A DNA stretch of 38,815 nucleotides from a virus. Lineage: Duplodnaviria > Caudoviricetes. Of this stretch, positions 9,368 to 17,265 are shown piece by piece. The position numbers and the translations under genes are program-made. Position 1 is the first letter of the stretch. The number at the start of each line of letters is the position of its first letter. The stretch lies in IMG/VR virus record IMGVR_UViG_3300043447_000765, positions 1 through 38,815 of that record. One strand, written 5' to 3'. The notes under the pieces were generated by a model. That model was not told the DNA's origin. It did not search any database and was given only the letters and a program-made list of their open reading frames with translations.

Positions 9368-10666
9368 ATGAAGTGGGAAGATACCGAAGAGATTCCACCG
9401 TCGTTCGATGAGACAGCTCCTTTAGATGACGCACCGCGTCCACAAATGAAGTTTACTCCGGACGCAGACCAAGTTGGGCCCCTCGAAGGGTTCGCGAAAG
9501 GCGTCGCAACGGGTGCTACTAGTTCGTTATACAATGATCCTGCGGCTGAAAGACAGCAACCAGAAGCCTCATTAGCCGGCAATTTGGTTGGAAGTGCTGC
9601 CCAAGGAGTAGTTCTTCCTGCAAAGAGGGCATTTGATGCCGCGACTGGTGCTGTAGAAGGGTTTCAACGTACTGATGGCGGCCTTCCAAGTAAGCTGGCC
9701 GGAGCAGCTGTCGGAGGAGTTACCGGTCTGGCATTTGGCGCCGCAGGACGAACCGCAGCGAGAATTTTTAAGGGTGCTGGCCCGGCAGCTAAAGAGGCTA
9801 TCAATAAGGCCGAACGCGAGCTTGTCGGTATAGGCGGAGCTGAGTTAAATAAGTTTTCCCAAAAAGGTTCTAAGGTTGGTGTGGACGAAGCAGCGTCTAA
9901 GGTAGCAACGCTTAAAAAAGCGGGGCTCTTTTCTAAGGGGGCATCCCCAGAACAATTGCAACAGAGAGTGTTGGAGATTAAACGAGACGCTGGCCAAAAA
10001 ATTGGAACCATTTATCAGCAGCTCGACGAATCAGGATTTGTCCTGAACGGCGAAGACGTCGCCGCAAAGCTTGATGAGCAACTCGCAAGTTTGGCCCAGT
10101 TTCCAAGGAACAATAAGCCCTTAATTGACAGCCTATCAGCGGCAAGGGCTGATATAGCTGACAACCAATTTCTTTCTGCAGGAAAACTAAACGCTTTAAA
10201 AGAAAGCATCGCCGAGTCGGCGTTTGACTCTAACGGAGTCGTAAAAGATGATGTGGCGTTTACAGTGTGGAAAGAACTTAAAAGTGGTATAGATGATATT
10301 TCTAAAGCTGTCGGAGGAGAAACTGGAAAAGCCTTAAAAGAATTAAATAATGTTTACCACTCGGCACATGGCGTTCTTCCAGCTGTCGCTAAGAAAGCTA
10401 ACAAAGAGGCGGCACGACCGGAAACCCTGACTGGTAAAGTGTTAGGTGCGGCTAAAGACGCAGTTGCGAAGCCTATTGTCGTAGGGGGCGGTGATTGGAT
10501 AAAGAACAATGCCGCGGCTCTTGGCAAGTATGGGGTTGCAATGGAGCAAATTAGCGCTACCAGAGGACCTCGGGCTGCTGCCGCTTTTCTTTATAGCCAG
10601 ATGCAGCAAGACCCCGCCCTTCGTGATGCGATCCGTAACACTGAGGTTGAGAATGGAAGAAAATAA
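9368..10666 (+). CDS. Putative ejection/internal virion protein
   Basis: Gly/Ala-rich amphipathic segments (AGAAVGGVTGLAFGAAG) followed by a helical body. Confidence 0.55.
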   Translation: MKWEDTEEIPPSFDETAPLDDAPRPQMKFTPDADQVGPLEGFAKGVATGATSSLYNDPAAERQQPEASLAGNLVGSAAQGVVLPAKRAFDAATGAVEGFQRTDGGLPSKLAGAAVGGVTGLAFGAAGRTAARIFKGAGPAAKEAINKAERELVGIGGAELNKFSQKGSKVGVDEAASKVATLKKAGLFSKGASPEQLQQRVLEIKRDAGQKIGTIYQQLDESGFVLNGEDVAAKLDEQLASLAQFPRNNKPLIDSLSAARADIADNQFLSAGKLNALKESIAESAFDSNGVVKDDVAFTVWKELKSGIDDISKAVGGETGKALKELNNVYHSAHGVLPAVAKKANKEAARPETLTGKVLGAAKDAVAKPIVVGGGDWIKNNAAALGKYGVAMEQISATRGPRAAAAFLYSQMQQDPALRDAIRNTEVENGRK

Positions 10667-10874
10667 TTGGAATCGTTACCAGGTCCACGTCCTGCAGACC
10701 CTTTCTGAGCTTAAGAGGAACGACGAGAAGCACACCGCACAACTTTCTGAAATGAATACGGTGCTAAGTGCCTTAAAGAACAGCCAAAAATGGGAGATTA
10801 GACTTATCTCATTCGTTTGGGGTATAATACTAGCAGGCCTGAATTATATATGGGGACATATCGGGAAACCTTAA
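10653..10874 (+). CDS. Small membrane protein (coiled-coil plus C-terminal TM), holin/XhlA-like
   Basis: Likely start ATG 10653 after GAGG; ends LISFVWGIILAGLNYIW; first gene of the lysis cassette. Confidence 0.55.
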   Translation: MEENNWNRYQVHVLQTLSELKRNDEKHTAQLSEMNTVLSALKNSQKWEIRLISFVWGIILAGLNYIWGHIGKP

Positions 10875-10878
10875 TTAT

Positions 10879-11295
10879 ATGCGCTTACATATCAAAATCT
10901 TAATTGTTCTTGCCCTTTGCATCGGGTCGTGGTTTGCCGGAAAGCAATTCGGTCCATCCAAAGTTGTCATTCAGGAGAAAATCGTAACCGTTGAAAAGAA
11001 ACAGGAGCGTCGAAATGTCGAAAAAGTCATTATCAAGCGTCCCGACGGAACTACTGAAACCAAAATTGTCGATCGAACCATCGTCGACAGTGCTAAAGAC
11101 ACCGCAAAATCCTCAGAGCGAACTGAAATCCGAAGATCGCAGCCCGACTGGTTGGTCTCGCTTCAATCGCCCTTTACGTTTGAGCCAGAGACAGTGGGAA
11201 TTTTGGTACAGCGTCGAATCCTTGGGCCAATATTTGTTGGTGTGTCTGGCGATCTGGATCGTAATTTCGCAGCGCTAATCACAATAGCTTTCTAA
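10879..11295 (+). CDS. Spanin-like envelope protein (N-terminal TM, C-terminal amphipathic beta strands ending in Phe)
   Basis: Hydrophobic N-terminus KILIVLALCIGSWFAG; lies between the holin-like gene and the endolysin. Confidence 0.55.
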   Translation: MRLHIKILIVLALCIGSWFAGKQFGPSKVVIQEKIVTVEKKQERRNVEKVIIKRPDGTTETKIVDRTIVDSAKDTAKSSERTEIRRSQPDWLVSLQSPFTFEPETVGILVQRRILGPIFVGVSGDLDRNFAALITIAF

Positions 11296-11296
11296 C

Positions 11297-11863
11297 ATGT
11301 GGAGGTTAGTCTTGAAAAAGCTCCTGTCATTCACTGGGGCCAAACCGGAAGAGCTCGTTGCCGTTATCTGCCCGACCTGTAAGCTAAAGCTTAATAGCGA
11401 CCAAAAGTGCGATTACTGTCAGTTTCAGTCTCCTAAGGCAATGCCCTTATTAAGCCGAGACGACTATTTCTTTAATAACCTGGACCGTAAATATCCTCAA
11501 GAATTCACCCCAGAACTTGAGGCAAACGCTATCGAACTGTTGCGACGCGTCAATAATCTTCTCCAAGATTGCCACAAATTAGACCCTTCATTTGTGAAAC
11601 CGACTGTAACTAGCGGATGGAGGCCTTCGGCCTATAACAAGCTAATCGGTGGTTCTCCAAATAGCCGTCACATAACTTGCCGAGCTATAGATCTTCATGA
11701 TCCGTCCCGGAAATGGGGTAACTTTATCGTTGCCAATCGTTTACTACTTGACAAACATGACCTAGCTATGGAATCATTAGCTGACACAGATAATGCTCGG
11801 GGACGGTGGGTTCACTTACAATACCCGCCCCCTCCTAGCGGAAATAGGATATTTAAGGTATGA
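11297..11863 (+). CDS. Endolysin, peptidase M15 family
   Basis: VTSGWR...N..IGGSPNSRH....AIDL...WVHLQ zinc-peptidase motifs. Confidence 0.88.
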   Translation: MWRLVLKKLLSFTGAKPEELVAVICPTCKLKLNSDQKCDYCQFQSPKAMPLLSRDDYFFNNLDRKYPQEFTPELEANAIELLRRVNNLLQDCHKLDPSFVKPTVTSGWRPSAYNKLIGGSPNSRHITCRAIDLHDPSRKWGNFIVANRLLLDKHDLAMESLADTDNARGRWVHLQYPPPPSGNRIFKV

Positions 11864-12054
11864 AAACACATTGTGGAAAACTTGGTTGTGACGGAATCTG
11901 TTCGTGGGGCGTAACTGATAAAGACAAGGACATTGTCTATACCTTTACGCGTTGTAAAGAATGTAACCGCACGGTCTACACGGTGGTTAAAGTTTACGGT
12001 CTAACCGAACGGCATTCGCTGCTCGGCAATCAGTTCGTTGATTTTAAGTTTTAA
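11860..12054 (+). CDS. Small Cys-rich (zinc ribbon) protein
   Basis: C....C and CKEC; ATGA overlap with the endolysin stop. Confidence 0.55.
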   Translation: MKTHCGKLGCDGICSWGVTDKDKDIVYTFTRCKECNRTVYTVVKVYGLTERHSLLGNQFVDFKF

Positions 12055-12542
12055 GTTATAAGTCTATATAAGCGTTTTGGGTCTAAAAGCTCGGGATGGT
12101 TATGCTCTGCAATCGCGTTAACTTCTCTTAAAACATGATAAGCATATTCGCTACAAAAGAGCTTTTTTGTGCCGTTTTTCAAAGGATTCCAGGGTAGGCT
12201 AAGGCCAAAATAATGGCTTAAACGGACGATAAAGAGGCCGAAAACGGCCGACCAATCATATGGAACCCCAATAATTCCCTGCGTCATCGCCAACAACTTA
12301 CTTCGCAAATTGGGTTCATAGTCAACCCAAATAATGCGAACGGCGATGTTTTTTGCATGCCATTTATCGACTGCGCTTACAGATATTCCGTCTGGAAGAG
12401 CCTCATATACGTTCGCCGAAATAGGGTCATAAACCGCAACGTGATTATATGGAGACCACGTCATAATCCGTATACCGATGGATACGAAGTCGCTTTTTTT
12501 AGGGCGAGAGAAGAAGAGGGCTATTTTATTGGTTTTAGCCAT
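12051..12542 (-). CDS. Permuted papain-like NlpC/P60 (YiiX/YebB-like) enzyme
   Basis: SPYNHVAVY (His first), YEA, G.PYDW, LFCSEY (Cys last). Confidence 0.85.
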   Translation of the reverse strand: MAKTNKIALFFSRPKKSDFVSIGIRIMTWSPYNHVAVYDPISANVYEALPDGISVSAVDKWHAKNIAVRIIWVDYEPNLRSKLLAMTQGIIGVPYDWSAVFGLFIVRLSHYFGLSLPWNPLKNGTKKLFCSEYAYHVLREVNAIAEHNHPELLDPKRLYRLIT

Positions 12543-12673
12543 TGTTTGCGCCCAAAAAGGAACCGCCTAATGCGGCGTAGAATTGCCCAGAATGACATGT
12601 TTCTTTTAATGCGTTCCTTCATTGTGTAGGGGCGTATGGATTCAGGGGCCGGCTTAACTAAGGTAAACTTCAT
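12521..12673 (-). CDS. Small basic hypothetical protein (50 aa, absent from the ORF track)
   Basis: MKFTLVKPAPESIRPYTMKERIKRNMSFWAILRRIRRFLFGRKQWLKPIK; starts right after the upstream stop. Confidence 0.45.
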   Translation of the reverse strand: MKFTLVKPAPESIRPYTMKERIKRNMSFWAILRRIRRFLFGRKQWLKPIK

Positions 12674-12674
12674 A

Positions 12675-13073
12675 CTATAGCGCCTTGTGTAAACGGTAAT
12701 TAACGACTACGGTTGATACCCCGCTCCCAGTATAAACCAACCGAACTATTAACCCCTGATTTAGGGCTGAGCAATAAGGCATATCAATGTCTGCTTGAAC
12801 GCAGAGTTCCGCGCTATCATTCGTCATATAATATTTGTCGCCAAACTGCCTGACGACACCAAGAACCGGATGCACTGCCTGAATCGTCGCGTAATCCCCA
12901 GCCGCGGCATTTTTTACGCTTAGCACGAGCCCTGTAAAATAACAGTCTGATGGTATTGTAAGATCGAGCGACGTTGTGCCAGGGGTTGTGTTCCCCGTCA
13001 CGCCCATTGGACAGAATTCTACAACCTCAGAGCTAAACTGGTCGGTTTTAGTAAATTTAGGATTCTGAAACAT
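12675..13073 (-). CDS. Putative virion beta-sandwich protein
   Basis: 132-aa beta-rich ORF translationally coupled to the fibre gene. Confidence 0.55.
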   Translation of the reverse strand: MFQNPKFTKTDQFSSEVVEFCPMGVTGNTTPGTTSLDLTIPSDCYFTGLVLSVKNAAAGDYATIQAVHPVLGVVRQFGDKYYMTNDSAELCVQADIDMPYCSALNQGLIVRLVYTGSGVSTVVVNYRLHKAL

Positions 13074-13074
13074 C

Positions 13075-14649
13075 TTAGAATTCCTCGATAATAAAAGTTA
13101 CTGTGTTACGACGAGTATCGGCTGCAGTTCCGGCATCCGCTTGTCTCAATACTAGCCCTTCGCCGGCGCCTAACAGCAAACATAAATCCCCGTTGTCGGG
13201 TTGAAATATCGCTTCTGCAGGGGTATTATAGGCAACCGCAGTTGCGGCAGCAACCGGTAAAAACTCTGTTATAGGTGCTCCAGCCGTTAAGGTTAGCCCC
13301 GTAGACGCCAATCGGATTGACGACACTTGAGTGGCATCGGCCGTACGTCGTTTTGCACCCGCAACTGTGGCACCGCTGGCAGTTCCAGTAAAAGTAACTC
13401 TTTCAAGAGAAAGCCGAGGGGAGGTAGTTGCGGCAAGCGCGCTACCCAATTGGCTCCTAAAGATTACGCGCCGGACTCGTACAGTAACGGCTGATCCGAC
13501 TGGGTTAATTAGCCAGCATCTGCCCCCAGTAGCGGCATCCGCAGCGGCCTGTACAACCAAGGTTCCCGCTGTTTGATAGTATACTCCTAATGGTAATACA
13601 TCTGAATCCGCTGTAACTACTCTCTGGCGCCCATATCGATCGGTTTTGACACATGTATAGTCACCACTTGCGCTCGTGTTAATCGTGACGGTGTCTTCGC
13701 GTACACCAAGAACTTTGATCCCGGGATCGGTCGAGCCTGCTACTGAATCCTCGGCTTTGATGGCACTTGCGACGGTTGCCAGGGTTGCTTCAGTCGCAGC
13801 GCCTGACGGCAAGGGAAGCGCGGAGGCACTGATTGGCTGGGTAACGCCACTTCCGTCTACACTTAGACGGCCACCCACGAGAGCGGCCGGCAACTGCGCG
13901 GAATCCACTGTCAAGGAAGAGCCGTTATCGGTTACCGGAATTGAGGTCTGATCGCTCGCCAAAACAACGGGGGTAGAGCTGGCCGCAACCTTCTGACCTA
14001 GCGTGTTAATGCGAGCCTGGAATGCGGTGGTAGTTAATAGACCGGCTAAAGATGCCTCGGTCGCCGCACCGGTAGGTAGAGGCAGCGACGACACACTAAC
14101 GGGTTGGGTTACACCGCTACCATCAACTAAGAGACGAGTGGCGGTAACTGTTAAGTTAGCGGGAACCTTTGTGTTTAGGGCACTTAAAGTAGTCTCAGTA
14201 GACGCCCCGGTCGGTAATGGAAGCGCTACTGCGCTGACGGCTTGAGTCGCCGGAAAATTTGTCACCGAAACGCTTGATCCACTCGCGTCAACTTTATCGG
14301 TTGCGAATACGAGATCGCGAATGTCTAAATTAGTAGCTTGTACTGTTACCGTTCCGCCGATTGTGGTGACGACGTTGATCGAGCCGTCCGCGTTAACGGC
14401 TAATGTATCTGTCCCATCGCTTATCGCGACATTGTCACTCGGGGCTGTTAGATTGACATCTATACTTGCGTTGTCGATAATGACGTGCCCGGTTGTTCCG
14501 GAAGTTACGTTAACGTCAAGGGATCTAACCGGTCCGGCTACAACCGACGTTATCGGGTTTCCGGCTCCATCGTGAACGTTGACGTTTGTTCCCGAGCCAC
14601 CGCTGGTGTTGTTCGTATCGGGGCCTAATCGTAAATAAGTATTTGCCAC
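13075..14649 (-). CDS. Fibre/appendage-like virion protein with internal repeats
   Basis: T/A/S/V/G-rich; three LPLP[TS]GA.TE repeats; C-terminal beta domain; GTG start with GGAG RBS. Confidence 0.7.
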   Translation of the reverse strand: MANTYLRLGPDTNNTSGGSGTNVNVHDGAGNPITSVVAGPVRSLDVNVTSGTTGHVIIDNASIDVNLTAPSDNVAISDGTDTLAVNADGSINVVTTIGGTVTVQATNLDIRDLVFATDKVDASGSSVSVTNFPATQAVSAVALPLPTGASTETTLSALNTKVPANLTVTATRLLVDGSGVTQPVSVSSLPLPTGAATEASLAGLLTTTAFQARINTLGQKVAASSTPVVLASDQTSIPVTDNGSSLTVDSAQLPAALVGGRLSVDGSGVTQPISASALPLPSGAATEATLATVASAIKAEDSVAGSTDPGIKVLGVREDTVTINTSASGDYTCVKTDRYGRQRVVTADSDVLPLGVYYQTAGTLVVQAAADAATGGRCWLINPVGSAVTVRVRRVIFRSQLGSALAATTSPRLSLERVTFTGTASGATVAGAKRRTADATQVSSIRLASTGLTLTAGAPITEFLPVAAATAVAYNTPAEAIFQPDNGDLCLLLGAGEGLVLRQADAGTAADTRRNTVTFIIEEF

Positions 14650-14661
14650 AAAGTGCTCCTA

Positions 14662-16143
14662 TTAAATTGTGAACCAGTTTGTACCATTAGATACTAACCG
14701 AATGACTCCAAAGTTTGACGAAATTGCAGTACTCGTCGCTCCATCAATTAGCTCTGCGCCTTGGGTATCAATGGTGATGCTGTTAGTACCTGCGGCGCCG
14801 CTTGCATCTTTAACAATAATTACGCGTCCGTCGACTGTATCTGACGTTGAAAGAGTCACTGTACGGGCTACTGAGGTATCCGTGATAAGAATTACACTTT
14901 CACGCGCCGAGCTTAAGCTGGCAGCTGAGGACAAAGTGCGAAGGTTTATGGCTTGCGAAAAAGTGGTGACACCTGAAGCGGCAACCGCAACTTGAGTTAC
15001 CCCGCCATTGGTAAGGTTTAAGATGTTTCCAGTTCCGTCTTGTCTTACCTGAAGGGCATCTTGGTCATCGCTGGCGTGGTCCTGGAACACGGAAGCTACA
15101 GGGCTATCTGTTGATGTTGAGGTTAGGTTACGATAAGCCTGGAGAGTGAACCCGGTTGTGGCGGTATCGCCGGCAGCGCGAACTACATTGGTGCCCGCCG
15201 CAGAGCGATCTACTTCTAAGGTATAATTTGGGTTTACTGTATTTATACCTACCCTGCACGAGCCCGCTGTCAAGCCTGGCCTCATTGTTATACAGTTATC
15301 TACACCCGAACCGTTAATATCAACTATTTCAAGCTGGGCTCGTTTGGTAGTATGATTGGTTCCTGTAAAGTTTCTTAAAATGAAATTTTGCCGGGTTCCA
15401 GCGGTGGTTCTAATAAACTCGGTGGTGGTGTCGTTGGCGGCACTGGCTTTTACCATCAACATTAAGGCTGCTAGGACCGGAGTACCACCGGTGCCCAGTT
15501 TAAAGGAAGTGTTACCGCCATCCCCACCAGAGTAAATAGTGAAGTCTGCGCGGGTAGTTCCAAGAGTTGAATTAAGTTCTTGTAGCTGCCACGAATTGCC
15601 TTCTACTGATTGCTTCCAAGCGGAATCGGAACGACCAATCATGTATAGTTCAGATCGGCTGTTTCCTTCTAGTATTAGGGTTCCGAAAGTATTTTGTGCA
15701 CGAATGTGTACGCCTTCGTAACCGCTTGTCGATAGTAAGGAGGCAGTCGCAAAGATGTTAGTAAACGGGGTGTCTGTATTGAAGCCTGTTTGACGGTTTT
15801 CTCTAACTGCAAGTAGTACGTTATTTGCATCTGGACTGAGAACGTTACGATAAACGTTAAAACGATCGGTTGTCGACGTGTTATCGTTATCGATGAACAT
15901 ATTTAAATTGGTTGAGGAGGTTAGCGACGTAATTGTCGGAGCGTTTACTGAACCTCCGTTAGTAATTTGGACGCTGTTTGTACCATCACGATAAACTAAT
16001 TCGTTTGACGCGTTTGTGTACAGCCCTGTGTTTGCGCCTAAGGGGTTTGAGCCTTGGCCGTCAGTTTGGACGGCAGTTACCTGGGCAATTTCGCTAGTAA
16101 CGAGGGCTTTTTTAGTAGTGCTGTTAAAATTATTACTTGACAT
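14662..16143 (-). CDS. Fibre/appendage-like virion protein
   Basis: Likely start ATG 16143 after GAGG; VGINT.NP.YTLEV and TGFNTDTP trimeric fibre repeats; C-terminal domain paralogous to 16146..16937. Confidence 0.7.
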   Translation of the reverse strand: MSSNNFNSTTKKALVTSEIAQVTAVQTDGQGSNPLGANTGLYTNASNELVYRDGTNSVQITNGGSVNAPTITSLTSSTNLNMFIDNDNTSTTDRFNVYRNVLSPDANNVLLAVRENRQTGFNTDTPFTNIFATASLLSTSGYEGVHIRAQNTFGTLILEGNSRSELYMIGRSDSAWKQSVEGNSWQLQELNSTLGTTRADFTIYSGGDGGNTSFKLGTGGTPVLAALMLMVKASAANDTTTEFIRTTAGTRQNFILRNFTGTNHTTKRAQLEIVDINGSGVDNCITMRPGLTAGSCRVGINTVNPNYTLEVDRSAAGTNVVRAAGDTATTGFTLQAYRNLTSTSTDSPVASVFQDHASDDQDALQVRQDGTGNILNLTNGGVTQVAVAASGVTTFSQAINLRTLSSAASLSSARESVILITDTSVARTVTLSTSDTVDGRVIIVKDASGAAGTNSITIDTQGAELIDGATSTAISSNFGVIRLVSNGTNWFTI

Positions 16144-16145
16144 AT

Positions 16146-16937
16146 TTACCTCGTGAACCAATTAGAGAGGCTAGAATAAACTCTTAGCACCCCATAAGGA
16201 ACTGTAATTGAAACACTCGCAACCCCATCGAGTGTCCCCGCTGCGGGTGTCACGATAATTGGGTTTGCGACCGAGCAGGTCCCGCTTTCGTCTTTGATGT
16301 CGATGAAAGCCCCTGCGCTAAGGTCGGTTGCACTCAATGTAATTGTTCTTGCTACTGTTGTATCGGTTACTGCTATTAAAGATTCACCTGCGGAAGTATA
16401 ATTACCGGCCGTTGCGGTCCTTTTAAAAGCTACGCCACTATTGAATGTGCTAAAGCCTTCAGGCTGTAGTCCACCTGTTGGGGTGATGCGAAGAACGTCG
16501 GTTCCAGCATTTTCTACAGTTACTAGTGAAGCAGTTGCATCGGTTATGCTTATGCCAGCTTGCAAACGAATCGCCGTAACACCAGCGGCATTCTGCCTGC
16601 TTGATGCCAGTAAAGTTTCGTTGTTATCACTAGGTATGCTAAGCTTTACGCCCGCGGCGTTTACAACAAAGGTTTTACCCCCGACGCTGCCGCTGTCTAC
16701 TTGGATTTCAAGTGATCCTGGGGTAGGAATGGAATGGGTTCCGTCGTTAGAGAAATTTATGCGAGAAGCCCCGACGGTGCCGTCACCTAAAGTAATCCAA
16801 CCTACATTGTCAATATCGAATAGAGCTAGGTCTAGATTCATGGTGGCCAAATGGTCGCCTAAATTGTCGCCGACTACTGGACCCCCACCACCACCGGTGC
16901 CGATGTTGGGCATTAATTTTAGATAAGTATTCGCCAC
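16146..16937 (-). CDS. Fibre/appendage-like virion protein
   Basis: GDNLGDHLAT.NL fibre motif after a Gly linker; C-terminal domain shared with the next gene. Confidence 0.7.
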   Translation of the reverse strand: MANTYLKLMPNIGTGGGGGPVVGDNLGDHLATMNLDLALFDIDNVGWITLGDGTVGASRINFSNDGTHSIPTPGSLEIQVDSGSVGGKTFVVNAAGVKLSIPSDNNETLLASSRQNAAGVTAIRLQAGISITDATASLVTVENAGTDVLRITPTGGLQPEGFSTFNSGVAFKRTATAGNYTSAGESLIAVTDTTVARTITLSATDLSAGAFIDIKDESGTCSVANPIIVTPAAGTLDGVASVSITVPYGVLRVYSSLSNWFTR

Positions 16938-16940
16938 GGA

Positions 16941-17264
16941 TTACTCCAACTCTAAACGGCTACCTACGATGCGGATCTCAGACGCAGTGATTGCGGGAAC
17001 TACTACACGAATGAATAGGACGCCTATTTTGAAACAATCCCATATGTGGGCTCCACCAGCGCCGTCTACTGTTTGGGTCGAGTTTGGTATGTCTGCGAAA
17101 TTTACCCCGTCGACGCTACCTTGTAGTTTTAAGTCTCCGCTACCACCGGCGTTATAATTGACCTGGATGGCGAAATCGCTGTGGAGTTGGACGCCAGTGT
17201 TTACGTTAACTGGGCCGACTGCGTTGGTTGCGAGGACTAAGTTTTGAGAGTACTTTGACTGCAT
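16941..17264 (-). CDS. Putative virion protein (beta-sandwich)
   Basis: LKLQGSVDGVNF.DI...FIRVV pattern; immediately downstream of the portal. Confidence 0.55.
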   Translation of the reverse strand: MQSKYSQNLVLATNAVGPVNVNTGVQLHSDFAIQVNYNAGGSGDLKLQGSVDGVNFADIPNSTQTVDGAGGAHIWDCFKIGVLFIRVVVPAITASEIRIVGSRLELE

Positions 17265-17265
17265 G

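Noticed and set aside
10991-11278. Embedded Rz1-like o-spanin
   Set aside because: No signal peptide or lipobox Cys near the N-terminus
16146-16161. Programmed frameshift fusing the two overlapping fibre ORFs
   Set aside because: No slippery heptamer; the downstream gene has its own GAGG RBS and ATG at 16143, which removes the overlap
14662-16400. Diversity-generating retroelement or invertible fibre cassette
   Set aside because: The paralogous C-termini are diverged throughout rather than only at adenines; no reverse transcriptase or invertase gene
13331-17157. Multiple + strand ORFs antisense to the fibre genes
   Set aside because: Shadow frames of low-complexity Thr/Ala/Val-rich genes, without RBS or coherent protein features
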